From assembly GCA_035490495.1 (NCBI GenBank), contig DATHDE010000201.1:1088-65087 (forward strand): a stretch of 64,000 nt of DNA. Direction: 5' to 3'. This DNA is from Nitrospirota bacterium (GTDB lineage Bacteria > Nitrospirota > UBA9217). Of this stretch, positions 1-9,495 are shown one piece after another. Position 1 is the stretch's first letter. Each line of letters starts with the position of its first letter. The notes below the pieces were generated by a model. That model did no database searches. It worked only from the letters and a program-made list of their open reading frames with translations, and was not told where the DNA came from. Made by a program: the position numbers and the translations under genes.

Positions 1-159
1 CTTCCCCACTCCTCCTTTGCCGGACATGATCAGCAGTCTGCAGTCAACCCCCTGGAGGTTCTTACTGATCCGGTCATATTCCCTGCTTTGTTCTCCGAGC
101 ACAGTGATACCTGACGCCGATGTACATCCTGAGGCCTCTTTCTTCTGTTCACGAGTCAT
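1..159 (-). CDS. Mrp/ApbC/NBP35-family P-loop ATPase, 5' fragment (gene continues past the left edge)
   Basis: Absent from the ORF track because there is no stop in the window. A reverse-strand ATG at 157-159 is preceded by GGAGAGGAG. The translation MTREQKKEASGCTSASGITVLGEQSREYDRISKNLQGVDCRLLIMSGKGGVGK ends in the SGKGGVGK Walker A typical of Mrp/MinD-type ATPases. Confidence 0.6.
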   Translation of the reverse strand, partial: MTREQKKEASGCTSASGITVLGEQSREYDRISKNLQGVDCRLLIMSGKGGVGK

Positions 160-216
160 ACGTGGTTGCTCCTCTCCGGGTTGTCGTATACAGTGATGGC
201 GATCTCTGCTTGGAAC

Positions 217-232
217 TGCAAATGAAATACCA
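217..232 (-). promoter_or_regulatory. Candidate sigma54 (-24/-12) promoter for the Mrp-like gene
   Basis: The reverse strand reads TGGTATTTCATTTGCA. GG and GC are separated by exactly 10 nt, as in the consensus TGGCAC-N5-TTGCW, with 9 of 12 specified positions matching. It lies about 58 nt upstream of the ATG at 159. Confidence 0.45.
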
Positions 233-307
233 GGGGGCCGCACGACAGGATGTCTTGTCTATTCCAAGGGATAAGGCGGGAATGGTTCTGATGTGTGACT
301 GTCTGTT

Positions 308-354
308 ATTGCATATCTGCAATACATTGCAATGGTAGCATGCAGTATTGCAAT
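308..354. promoter_or_regulatory. Cluster of three ATTGCA/TGCAAT palindromes (candidate enhancer/UAS)
   Basis: ATTGCAtatcTGCAAT at 308-323, ATTGCAAT at 326-333 and ATTGCAAT at 347-354; the last two are 21 bp apart. The cluster lies about 90-140 bp upstream of the candidate -24/-12 element. Confidence 0.35.
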
Positions 355-395
355 GCACACCGTACGCAACAAGAGAAGCACGCTGCCGGCCGCAA

Positions 396-1748
396 TCATC
401 CGCTCGTGATCCCGAGCTTTTTCATCTTCCGCCAGAGCGTGCTCGTATCAATACCGAGGTCCTTCGCGGTCCTGATCCGGTGATTGTTGTTGCGGGAAAG
501 TGCCTGCCGGATAAGTGCGGACTCCGTGGCGTCCGTTCGGTTGCGCAGCGAGGTATCCTCGCGTGCAGGCCGGTCCGGCGCAGCGTCCCGCAGTTCCCGG
601 GGCAAATGTTCGATGCCCAGCTTCCTGCCGCGGCACATGACGAACGCGTGTTCCAGGAGGTTTTCGAGTTCTCGTATATTTCCGGGGAAATCGTAGGTCA
701 TGAAGAACCTGAGCAGATCGTCCGAAATGCCCGTGACGTTCTTGCCGTGCGAGGCGGCAAACTTCCCGATAAAGTGTTCCACGAGGAAGGGGATATCCTC
801 CTTCCGGTGCCGCAGCGGCGGCAACGTGAGCTTCACGATGTTAAGCCGGTAGTACAGGTCTTTGCGGAATACCCTTCTGTCAACCATTTCCGCGAGGTCC
901 TGGTTCGTTGCAGCGATGATCCGTACATCGGCTTTCACGGAGCTGGTCGCGCCCAGCGGTTCAAATTCCTTTTCCTGCAGCACGCGAAGAAGTTTAACCT
1001 GGACGGCAAGGGGGATATCACTTACTTCGTCGAGAAACATCGTGCCTCCCGCAGCGATTGCGAAGCGGCCCGGCTTGTCGCGTTTTGCGTCTGTAAACGC
1101 TCCCCGCTTGTATCCGAAGAGCTCCGACTCCAGCAGACTGTCGGGAAGCGCTCCACCGTTCACCGCCACAAAAGGCTCTTTTCTCCTCGCGCTCAGGTTG
1201 TGAATGGCGCGGGCAAACAGCTCCTTCCCTGTGCCGCTTTCCCCCTGAATCAGGACCGTGCTGTCACTGCCGGCAATATCCGGCATGATGTCGAAGATGA
1301 GGCGTAGTGCACGGCTTTTTCCTATGATGTCCTCGAATGAGTAGCGCCGGCTGATTTCCTTCTTCAGAGCCTCCAGGGCGGAAAGATCGCGGAATGTTTC
1401 TACCCCGCCGATGATATTGCGTTTTTCATCTTTCAAGACCGCGGTGCTGATGGACACCGGAATTTTTCTTCCCTCGCGGTTTAAAATGTTTACGGACTGA
1501 TCGATGATCTCCCTGCCGGTCCGGAGCGTTTTTCCCAGGGCGCACGCAGACTGGCAGATGTCCGCATGAAGGATATCAAAGCACTTCTGTCCCACGGCGC
1601 GCAGCGCCGGAATCCCGGTAATCCTCTCGGCTGCCCGGTTAAAGGATGTGATGTTCCAGTCATTGTCCACGGTGAAAACGCCGTCTGCGATGCTGTCGAG
1701 GATAACACGGGTGGCAACGGTATGCGTTATTTTGCGGGGATCAGTCAT
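396..1748 (-). CDS. Sigma54-dependent transcriptional activator (PAS + AAA+ + Fis-type HTH), NtrC family
   Basis: 450 aa. PAS-like N-terminus (SIADGVFTVDNDWNITSFNRAAERITG), Walker A GESGTGKE, GAFTDA loop (a GAFTGA variant) and a C-terminal HTH (RTAKDLGIDTSTLWRKMKKLGI). Confidence 0.9.
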   Translation of the reverse strand: MTDPRKITHTVATRVILDSIADGVFTVDNDWNITSFNRAAERITGIPALRAVGQKCFDILHADICQSACALGKTLRTGREIIDQSVNILNREGRKIPVSISTAVLKDEKRNIIGGVETFRDLSALEALKKEISRRYSFEDIIGKSRALRLIFDIMPDIAGSDSTVLIQGESGTGKELFARAIHNLSARRKEPFVAVNGGALPDSLLESELFGYKRGAFTDAKRDKPGRFAIAAGGTMFLDEVSDIPLAVQVKLLRVLQEKEFEPLGATSSVKADVRIIAATNQDLAEMVDRRVFRKDLYYRLNIVKLTLPPLRHRKEDIPFLVEHFIGKFAASHGKNVTGISDDLLRFFMTYDFPGNIRELENLLEHAFVMCRGRKLGIEHLPRELRDAAPDRPAREDTSLRNRTDATESALIRQALSRNNNHRIRTAKDLGIDTSTLWRKMKKLGITSG

Positions 1749-1784
1749 TCAATCCGACCTGGCACCGGGGATGGGCGCAGCTGC

Positions 1785-1806
1785 TTTTGTGTGCATATAC
1801 ACAAAA
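1785..1806. promoter_or_regulatory. Inverted repeat TTTTGTGT-N6-ACACAAAA upstream of the activator gene
   Basis: Perfect 8-bp arms at 1785-1792 and 1799-1806, about 40 nt upstream of the ATG at 1748. Operator-like, but no regulator can be assigned. Confidence 0.25.
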
Positions 1807-1951
1807 TAGTAATGATCCCGTCCTGCGATGTCAAGGGTTTTTTATGAACGTTTTTTTGTCTCTTCCAAACCTTTCGGCGGAACGATACCGTCAAATATTT
1901 CAATGACAACAGCATCGAGGATATGCGGCCTCGGGGAGCTCGGTGCCAGAA

Positions 1952-2623
1952 TCATTCGGCCGTCGGGGTGTCCATTTTGACGATATTCTGTTTTATGGCA
2001 AACTTAACGATGTCGAATCGGGAGTGAAGTCCCAGTTTGGCGCAGATGTTTTCCTGGTGTGCCACCGCAGTCCTGACTGAAATCTTGAGCATCTCGGCGA
2101 TTTCCTTGTGGGTATAGCCTTCGGCAATCAGTTTCAGAACTTCTTTTTCCCGGTCAGTCAGCCTGTCATACGGATCTTCCGAAGGTTCTCCTTTATGGCC
2201 GAGATACCCTTCCACGATGCTTGACGCTACCGTATGGTGAAGATACATTTCTCCCGCAGCAATGGCGTGAATTGCGGTGATCAGATCCGTTGTCACCGCT
2301 TTTTTCAAAATGTATCCCGAGGCGCCGGCCTTGAGAAAACGCCTGACGTAGAGCTGGTCCTCATACTGTGTCAGTACGAGTATTTTGATGTTCGGGTCCG
2401 CTTTCTTAATCTTGATCGTTGCTTCCAGCCCGCCGAGTTTCGGCATGGCGATGTCCATAAGGATAACGTCCGGTTTGAGCCGCTCCGCAGCCTCAATTGC
2501 CTCTCCACCGTCGGCAGCTTCGCCGACAACTTCGAAGTCGTCGCAAATCCTTAAAAAAGCCGCAAGTCCCGCCCGCACGAGCGTATGGTCGTCGGCGATC
2601 AGTATCCTGATTTTTTTTGTCAT
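1952..2623 (-). CDS. NarL/LuxR-family response regulator (REC + LuxR HTH), paralog 1
   Basis: 223 aa. REC motifs (ILIADDH, DVILMDIAMPKLGG) and a LuxR-type HTH (LTDREKEVLKLIAEGYTHKEIAEMLKISVRTAVAH). The start abuts the kinase stop. Confidence 0.9.
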   Translation of the reverse strand: MTKKIRILIADDHTLVRAGLAAFLRICDDFEVVGEAADGGEAIEAAERLKPDVILMDIAMPKLGGLEATIKIKKADPNIKILVLTQYEDQLYVRRFLKAGASGYILKKAVTTDLITAIHAIAAGEMYLHHTVASSIVEGYLGHKGEPSEDPYDRLTDREKEVLKLIAEGYTHKEIAEMLKISVRTAVAHQENICAKLGLHSRFDIVKFAIKQNIVKMDTPTAE

Positions 2624-4429
2624 TTAGGCCTCGTTCAGGGGTACTTTGAGAAATACTGACGTTCCTGTCCCCGGCGACGAGCATACCGTCAGCTGACCCT
2701 TCAGCAATGCCGCACGCTCTTTCATGCCGAGAATGCCCAGTCCCCTGCCGCTCGTTGTGTCGTTCAGCACGGTCTTTGTATCGAACCCATCCCCGTCGTC
2801 CTCGATGCTCATCGTAAAATATTTACCGTCGTCCTTCATAAAGACAAATACCTGGTGCGCATTTGAATGCCGGGCAATATTTGTCGTGGCCTCCTGCACG
2901 AGCCGGAACAGCGTTATCTGAAAATCCGGCGCTAAATACCGGTCAGAGAGTTCTTTCATGTTCAGATGGCATTTGATGCCCCTGGTCTTAAGGTTCCGGT
3001 CGAGGATCCAGACAATCGAAGCTTCGAAGCCCAGATCGTCGAGAACCGTCGGCCGGAGATTTTGTATAAGATTGTTCGTCTCATTGATGATCTTTGTAAT
3101 GTGATCATAGAGTTCGGATATCTTCTTCGGCGAGATCATGTCCGGTCTGATCTTGCAGACGCCGATTTCCATCAGGACCGCTGAAAGCGCCTGAAGCGAC
3201 TCGTCGTGCAGTTCTCGTGCGATCCTCTTGCGTTCATCCTCCTGTGTCGTGATGACTTTTTTCAGCAGCGTCTGGATGGCAAGCTGCTTTTCTTCAATGA
3301 GCTTGGTGCGGTCATAAACGCGTTGTTCCAGGTCCTCGCTGTACTGCTGAATGCTCTTGAGCGACATGGCCAGTTTTGCCCGCGTATCGTCGAAGCTTTT
3401 CGCAAGCGTGCCGATCTCATCCTTGCTTCGTATCGCCACGGGTTCCGAAAGATCGCCCCGCCCGATGCGCTCCGTCGCCCGGATCAGTTCCTGGACCGGT
3501 TTCACGATCCTCCTGCTCATGCCCAGTGCCAGCAGAAAAGCAGTCGCGAGCGCGACAAAGACAAGGATGATGAAATCTTTTTCCAGCTGCGCCGTGGAAA
3601 CGAGAACGCTTTTTTCGGGTTCCTTCCGCGCAACGACCCATGCGGCGTTCGACAGCGGAGCCAGTGCAATAATGTCATTTGTCTTTCCATCCGGTTTTGG
3701 CTGCCCCTCGTGGCACCGATGACACGTGCCGATGAAACTTTTCCTGCCCGCAATGGAGTTGATATATAATGCCCTGTGTTCCAGAGGCGGCTCCGCAATG
3801 CCCGCATGATTGGCTGCAATGACAACGCCGTGTTCGTCGATAAGCTCGATCTCGATGTCCTTCTCGCGCGGGCTGGTCGTAATCAACTGGGCGATCCGCA
3901 GGCTGGCCGGATTGATGATCCCCCCTGCAGCACCGACGATTTCCCCAAAGCGGCCCTTCAACGGGACAACGACAAAGAGGACCCGTTTTTTTACGGGAGC
4001 CAGCGTAAATACGTTCGAGACCATCGGCTTCATTTCGTGGATGGCCCTGCTGACGGCAGGCACGTTCATCAGATTCACCATACCGCTTGCCTGATACGGA
4101 TAGATCTGGACGATGCTTCCCTGTTTGTCCAGAAGAAATACTCCATCCGAAAAAACTGAATATTGGTAGGCGACTTTAAGCGCTTCCCGCTCCGGGGCAT
4201 CATTCCTGTCCTTAAAATCGATTTTCCCGGAGAGGGAGATATCATACAGGCGCGCAAGATTGTTTTGAAGAAGATTGTCAATGTTTCCTGCAATCACTTC
4301 CGCTGCGGCAAGCCGTTCTTCATAAGCCTTTTTGACGCTGTCCCGTATGCGCAGATAATTGATAAATCCGAGACAAACCACGAGGATGAGGTTGCATGCG
4401 AAGATGGTTGTAAAAATTCTTTTTAACAT
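2624..4429 (-). CDS. Sensor histidine kinase (periplasmic Cache-like domain, HAMP, HisKA_3, HATPase_c), paralog 1
   Basis: I placed the start at the internal ATG (MLKRIFTTIFACNLILV, a TM helix); the ORF track extends to 4660. H-box RIARELHDESLQ, G-box GRGLGILGMKERA. The periplasmic domain contains CHRCH at nt 3710-3724. Confidence 0.85.
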   Translation of the reverse strand: MLKRIFTTIFACNLILVVCLGFINYLRIRDSVKKAYEERLAAAEVIAGNIDNLLQNNLARLYDISLSGKIDFKDRNDAPEREALKVAYQYSVFSDGVFLLDKQGSIVQIYPYQASGMVNLMNVPAVSRAIHEMKPMVSNVFTLAPVKKRVLFVVVPLKGRFGEIVGAAGGIINPASLRIAQLITTSPREKDIEIELIDEHGVVIAANHAGIAEPPLEHRALYINSIAGRKSFIGTCHRCHEGQPKPDGKTNDIIALAPLSNAAWVVARKEPEKSVLVSTAQLEKDFIILVFVALATAFLLALGMSRRIVKPVQELIRATERIGRGDLSEPVAIRSKDEIGTLAKSFDDTRAKLAMSLKSIQQYSEDLEQRVYDRTKLIEEKQLAIQTLLKKVITTQEDERKRIARELHDESLQALSAVLMEIGVCKIRPDMISPKKISELYDHITKIINETNNLIQNLRPTVLDDLGFEASIVWILDRNLKTRGIKCHLNMKELSDRYLAPDFQITLFRLVQEATTNIARHSNAHQVFVFMKDDGKYFTMSIEDDGDGFDTKTVLNDTTSGRGLGILGMKERAALLKGQLTVCSSPGTGTSVFLKVPLNEA

Positions 4430-4695
4430 ACGGCATCGTGCGCTGCACACGGGAAGGGATACGACCGGATGTCCCGGATGAGACCAGGGATGCGCCGAAC
4501 ATACGTACAGGACACTCGCCCCTAGTATAGCACAATCTCGGCAGGATCCTTTTTTCGTGCCGGATGCCTTCGGCCGCTCTTCGCCCATGATGAGGAACAG
4601 GCATGAATAGACAAGGCAGGGCGTTTTCCCGCTGCTGCCGTGAGGGAAAACGCCGAACATGCGGTTAGCGAGTCGTCGAGGCCGTTCGACGAACG

Positions 4696-5457
4696 TCAGG
4701 ATCGGACGCGGCTTTCCTGCGGCCGGGGCTCGGTCGTTCGATGGCCCTGTTGGTCGTGTTTGAACAAGTCTTCCACGCTGACCCCTTCGATAGCCGCCAG
4801 TTCCACAGGATGTTCGTGCAGCATGCGCTCGCGGGAAATCTTGCCGGTAAAGATAACCGTATCCAGGGGGAACACTTCGGGACTGAATATGGCGTTATAG
4901 ATATGCCAGGTTGCAATCACCAGGAACGCAAGCAGGGCTTCATTCGAGTGCGCCGTTTTGGCTGCGGGGATCACCTCGCCCGGGAACAGCTGCGAAGAGA
5001 GCACGGGAAACCAGAGGATGAAGCCCGTAGCTACCATCAGGCATCCGCCGAGGACAACACCCCAATATTCGAATTTCTGACGATAGTCGTAGCGGTCGCA
5101 CCGTGCAGGATGATCCGCGAGACCGAAGTAAAAGAATATGTTCCTGATGGCGTCCTGATAATCCTTGATGGTCACCAGCATCGACGGCTGCCATTTTCTG
5201 AACAGGATGCCGGTAGCCGCCACCATGACATGAACCGTCAAAAAAACCGTGAAGAGAATTCCCAGGTAGCGATGGATGAGGCGTGTTGTATCCACCCCGC
5301 CGAGCGAGATGATGATCCATTGTGAAATACTGGAGTCATGGAACTTTTGTGACAGGCCGGTGATCACGAGAAGGGCGAATACGATCGCATTCAGGTGGTG
5401 TTCTGCCATGCGGTACACGCCGAATCGCTTGATATATGTCTCTTTGCCGGTGTTCAT
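4696..5457 (-). CDS. b-type cytochrome membrane subunit (FdnI/HydC, Ni/Fe-hydrogenase cytochrome b family), paralog 1
   Basis: About 253 aa from MNTGKETYIKRFGVYRMAEHHLNAIVF. Four predicted TM helices with conserved His residues. Paralogous to 15646-16377. Confidence 0.75.
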   Translation of the reverse strand: MNTGKETYIKRFGVYRMAEHHLNAIVFALLVITGLSQKFHDSSISQWIIISLGGVDTTRLIHRYLGILFTVFLTVHVMVAATGILFRKWQPSMLVTIKDYQDAIRNIFFYFGLADHPARCDRYDYRQKFEYWGVVLGGCLMVATGFILWFPVLSSQLFPGEVIPAAKTAHSNEALLAFLVIATWHIYNAIFSPEVFPLDTVIFTGKISRERMLHEHPVELAAIEGVSVEDLFKHDQQGHRTTEPRPQESRVRS

Positions 5458-5476
5458 TGCGCACCTCCTTTGTTTG

Positions 5477-6937
5477 CTAGCGCAACATCGTATAGCGCCA
5501 TACGTGCAGAAGCATCTGCAGGACAAGTCCTACGAGCATGAACGGGATGAGAATGTGGTAGATCAGTTTGATGATGAATACGAGCGGCGCGTTTTTCAGG
5601 CTCGGCTCGTAATGGGAGAGCCAGGCATCGGGGAACGACTCGGTGGCTCCCGCATGACATTGCCGGCATTGTTTCACGAGCCGCGCCTTGACCAGATTCG
5701 TGCCCGGGCCCTTTGTGCTGGTGATGTCATGCACGCCGTGACAATCGATGCACGTGGCAAGGGCTTTTCTCATTGCGACTGCTGCCGCGCCCCGTTTGTC
5801 CTTCTGCTGGCGGTAGAGCGTGATGGTAAGGCCGTGGAAGTCGTCCAGATAGGAATTGACCACGCCGGGATAGAGCCCGTATTTTTTCATGAGCGTTTTA
5901 TTGGCGTGGCACTGGCCGCAGATATCGGGGACCTTCTCGCGGTAGTCCATGGTACGGGGATCCTGGATGGCATGCGCGGAATGGCAGTCGATGCAGACAG
6001 GGACGTCCGTATTGTGTTCGTTGACCAGCGCCTTGCCGTGAATGCTTGACGCATAGGTAGCATACACCGCGCCATGGCATTTTTTGCAGGTGTGCGCCGT
6101 CTGCGTTTTATCCGTCTGGACCGGGGAGACGAGGTGACTGCCGTGGCAGTCGGTGCATACAGGCGCTTTGAGATTCCCCTGGCTCAGCATGGAATAGTGG
6201 ATGCTGTCGAGGGATTTCGAATACTTGTCGAAATGACAGCGCCTGCACGCGTCGGCATTCGCCAGGGAGAGTTCGCGTGCACTGCGGAATTCGCGCTTCG
6301 GGTGTTCTGCGGAAGAGAAGCCGAAATGGCAGTCAAAGCAACTGAGCTTTCCGTGCACCGATGCATCAAGACCGGCGCTGTCCACCCTGAGCGAAACGGG
6401 TTCGCTGTTCATCATCACAGCGGTCAGTGCATGTTCATGGCATCCGAGACAGTAGCGTCTTTCGCCTGCAACGGTTTTCCCTCCTGCGATGGGAGTAACC
6501 GAGTGGGCATTGTGGCATCTCGTACAAACGGGCGCACTGCTCTCTTTGGTAAGCACTGCGGCATGTATGGGCTTGGCCTTCAGCGAATCAGCTGAATGGC
6601 ACCGGCGGCACATCACCGCGGCCCGCAGCGCATACTGCTCCCGTGAAACAAAAACCTTTCCCTGCCCGCCCTGGTGGTTGTCCGCCGTGTAATCGGTGTG
6701 GCAGGCTGAGCAGCCAAGGGGGGCGTGCACGGACGCCTTGAATGCCGTGGCGTTGACGTATGCTTCCAGGGTCTCGTTCGTTCGCAATGATACGCTCAGC
6801 CCCTTCTGCCCGTGACACGACAGGCACGAGAGCGATTCTTCGGATAATTCCCCTGCCGGTGCGTTCGTACCTGAGCCCGGGAAAAAGCTCAAACACCAGA
6901 GCAGGGCTGCTCCCCATCGTATGATTTTTTGTATCAT
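5477..6937 (-). CDS. Multiheme c-type cytochrome (13 CXXCH), C-terminal membrane anchor, paralog 1
   Basis: Start taken at MIQKIIRWGAALLWCLSFF (signal-like). I counted 13 CXXCH motifs. C-terminal hydrophobic helix (LIYHILIPFMLVGLVLQMLL). Confidence 0.85.
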   Translation of the reverse strand: MIQKIIRWGAALLWCLSFFPGSGTNAPAGELSEESLSCLSCHGQKGLSVSLRTNETLEAYVNATAFKASVHAPLGCSACHTDYTADNHQGGQGKVFVSREQYALRAAVMCRRCHSADSLKAKPIHAAVLTKESSAPVCTRCHNAHSVTPIAGGKTVAGERRYCLGCHEHALTAVMMNSEPVSLRVDSAGLDASVHGKLSCFDCHFGFSSAEHPKREFRSARELSLANADACRRCHFDKYSKSLDSIHYSMLSQGNLKAPVCTDCHGSHLVSPVQTDKTQTAHTCKKCHGAVYATYASSIHGKALVNEHNTDVPVCIDCHSAHAIQDPRTMDYREKVPDICGQCHANKTLMKKYGLYPGVVNSYLDDFHGLTITLYRQQKDKRGAAAVAMRKALATCIDCHGVHDITSTKGPGTNLVKARLVKQCRQCHAGATESFPDAWLSHYEPSLKNAPLVFIIKLIYHILIPFMLVGLVLQMLLHVWRYTMLR

Positions 6938-7051
6938 GTTCGTTTCTCCCGCAGTACTGCACCGTGACTCTGCTGCGATGTAGGCGCAGGAAGGTGCGGT
7001 CAGAAGCACGCCTTCATACACTCCGCCATTCGAACGCAATCGCCTTCCTGC

Positions 7052-7426
7052 TCAACGAGCCTCATCCTTTTTTCTTTTTCCACCCTTCCTCTTGCTGATG
7101 AAAAATGCATGCAGCGGCCTCCAGCCGAAGAAGGCGCTCTTTCCTGCAGCGTCGGCTATCCGCTGTCCTGCACGTTTGCCGATGCCGGCGATCTTTTTCG
7201 CGAGGAAGCTTATGGTCATAATAATTCCCACGAGCGGCAGAAACATCGCATACATCACACCCAGCAGCGGCCCCGACAAAAGCATCACCGAACTCGGCGC
7301 TTTAATGAAGCCGGTCGCGCTGTCGCCAGGCAGAACATCATCCTTTTCCAGCTCAACCCGTTCACCTGTATTCATATTCCAGTAGGTGCCTGGTCCTGCT
7401 TTCTGTTCTCCTTTCCATAACAACAT
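7052..7426 (-). CDS. Small membrane protein, FGWRP-motif family (copy 1)
   Basis: 124 aa from an ATG preceded by GAGGTG. Contains GTYWNMNTGERVELEKDDVLPGD, one or two TM segments, FFGWRP and a Lys/Arg-rich tail. Paralog of 10226-10591. Confidence 0.6.
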   Translation of the reverse strand: MLLWKGEQKAGPGTYWNMNTGERVELEKDDVLPGDSATGFIKAPSSVMLLSGPLLGVMYAMFLPLVGIIMTISFLAKKIAGIGKRAGQRIADAAGKSAFFGWRPLHAFFISKRKGGKRKKDEAR

Positions 7427-7751
7427 GGAGATCACCTCGCTTTCTCGGTTCGTTTTGTTTCACTGTTCAAGCTCAGCTTAGCAGAGAAAAAAAAGGAAAG
7501 ATATTGGATGCTTATCCGAACGCCGCAGAAATAGCATCCAAAACAGTAATAATTCTTGTACGAGTTCCAGGCGGATTGAAATACAAGTGGATAAAGTATA
7601 TTGTTACGTTGTCTGGGGGGTAAATTTGCCTAGGCCTTTTGTTGCATGTATCATCATGCTATTTTCTTTAAAAAAACAAAATGTTCAGCACGATTAGAAG
7701 ATGGCAGAAATAGGAAATAGCCGGAACAAATCGAAGGAAAAGGTATCATGA

Positions 7752-8384
7752 TCAGATGATAAGCATCGACCTCTCACCGTTCACATATCGTCTGGCTATG
7801 AGCAGCAGTTTAAGATAGTATTCGTCAAGACAGGGCACAAAGTCTTGTTTAGACACGGTTGCTGATTCGGTTCGTCCATCTGGTTTCAGGAGCATCTGCT
7901 CCAAAACAGGCAAAGCGCCTGATAAAAGAGCTATTCCCTTTTCGACATCCATCTCAATAACCCCGTCCAGTTCCTCGCGCTGCAGTTTCAATGCATGAGA
8001 TTCCACGTGCGCCGGAAGGAGGAATACATCCTGAAATTCATACTCGCGTACGCCCTCGGCGAAACAGTACACGAATATCCGTTTCCCGACCGGGATGAGG
8101 TCAGAGAACTGCACTTCGAGACCCAGTTCCTCCCTGATCTCGCGCGGGGCGGCGTCCTCTACCTGTTCACCCGAGGCATAATGTCCGCCTACGCTCACGT
8201 CATACCTAGCGGGAGCGATTTTTTTATCACGGGACCGTTTCTGGAAAAGTACCGTGCCCTTGAGCCGGTTCACGATCAGACAATGAAAGGCGCCGTGCCA
8301 GACACCGGTCCGGTGCGCCTCGTCCCGCGATATCGTTTCACCGGTTTTTTCACCCCGGCAATCAAGTATATCGAAAAACTCCAC
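7752..8384 (-). CDS. Nudix hydrolase
   Basis: 210 aa with a Nudix box, GGHYASGEQVEDAAPREIREELGL. Confidence 0.8.
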   Translation of the reverse strand: MEFFDILDCRGEKTGETISRDEAHRTGVWHGAFHCLIVNRLKGTVLFQKRSRDKKIAPARYDVSVGGHYASGEQVEDAAPREIREELGLEVQFSDLIPVGKRIFVYCFAEGVREYEFQDVFLLPAHVESHALKLQREELDGVIEMDVEKGIALLSGALPVLEQMLLKPDGRTESATVSKQDFVPCLDEYYLKLLLIARRYVNGERSMLII

Positions 8385-8490
8385 GAAAAGGCTCCTGTCT
8401 TGTTTCGAGAATTATACGCTGAATGCTTTTTTGTGGCAACAGGTTCGCCATTTCTAGTATACTGGACGACAGCCTGCTTGCCCTTGGCCT

Positions 8491-9483
8491 ATGAGCCTTT
8501 CAAGCCTTTATAATTCCTACCCGGGCCTGTATATCGCCCAGTCCTTTCTCCACTCGTTGACGACCGCGCTGATCGTGGATGCGGCCATCCGCGTCTGGAA
8601 AATCGAGCATCCTGCGATGCGCCAGAAATTCCGCTTCTTTATCATCTTCTTCCCCGTCGTTTCCTATCCCCTCTACCAACTCGTCAATCCGGACCGCGGC
8701 TCGTTGTCATTCAGGCTGGGTGCTCTTTTCGACTCGTCCCGCTGGTTGAACCTCGAACTGCTGTCGGGAGTTTCGGCCGGCATAATTTTTATCGTTCTTC
8801 TCGCGCTGACCACACTGCTGTTTTTTTCGCAGGAGCTGGTTCCCGTAGTGCAACACGCGCTGCAGTCCAGACGCGAGGAGCTGTTAGGAGAGAAGCTCTC
8901 CGAGGATTCTCCGGTCATGCGGGCGCTGACCGCCTTCACCGATGTCAAACCTGATGTATTTATCATTCAGGATGACGATCTTGTGCTCTTTGTCACGACC
9001 GGGAAAAAACCCGCCCTCTATCTTTCGACGGGATCAATGCGGGCGCTCAGTGAGGACGAACTGCATACGGCAATCGCGCATGAGCTTGCTCATATTGAGC
9101 GCAACAAGAGACCGCTGCTGGTCATCACTTTTCTTCTCAGGGTTCTGCAGTTTTTCAATATCGTTTCCCTTATAGAATTCCGGAGAATCGTGCAGGAAGA
9201 AGAAATCATCTGCGATGACACCGCCGTTACCCAGACCGGCAAGCCGCAGGCACTGGCCGCCACGCTGCGCAAATTCCACCCGGAAAATGACGGCGAGGCG
9301 GACCCCCAGCCGAACGCAGCGATAAACACCCGTGAGCGGATGGAGCAGTACGGCCATTCTCTGTTGATCGAAAGCCGCATTACACGCCTGGAAACCTATG
9401 ACGAGCATCCCCGCACAGGGGGCGTGATCCCCCTGCTCATCACCATGGCTGCGGCTGTTGCACTTAACTACTCGATAGTCTGA
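8491..9483 (+). CDS. M56 (BlaR1-like)/M48-type membrane zinc metallopeptidase
   Basis: 330 aa with multiple TM helices and an HEXXH site (AIAHELAHIERNK). Confidence 0.7.
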   Translation: MSLSSLYNSYPGLYIAQSFLHSLTTALIVDAAIRVWKIEHPAMRQKFRFFIIFFPVVSYPLYQLVNPDRGSLSFRLGALFDSSRWLNLELLSGVSAGIIFIVLLALTTLLFFSQELVPVVQHALQSRREELLGEKLSEDSPVMRALTAFTDVKPDVFIIQDDDLVLFVTTGKKPALYLSTGSMRALSEDELHTAIAHELAHIERNKRPLLVITFLLRVLQFFNIVSLIEFRRIVQEEEIICDDTAVTQTGKPQALAATLRKFHPENDGEADPQPNAAINTRERMEQYGHSLLIESRITRLETYDEHPRTGGVIPLLITMAAAVALNYSIV

Positions 9484-9495
9484 GGGGAACCATAC

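Noticed and set aside
348-1307. 319-aa plus-strand ORF
   Set aside because: It lies entirely antisense to the well-supported sigma54 activator gene. The sequence is low-complexity and Arg/Ala-rich, typical of GC-rich shadow frames.
4430-4660. 77-codon N-terminal extension of the kinase-1 ORF
   Set aside because: The extension is Cys/Pro-rich and unlike the paralog. The internal ATG at 4429 starts directly at the first TM helix, as in kinase 2.
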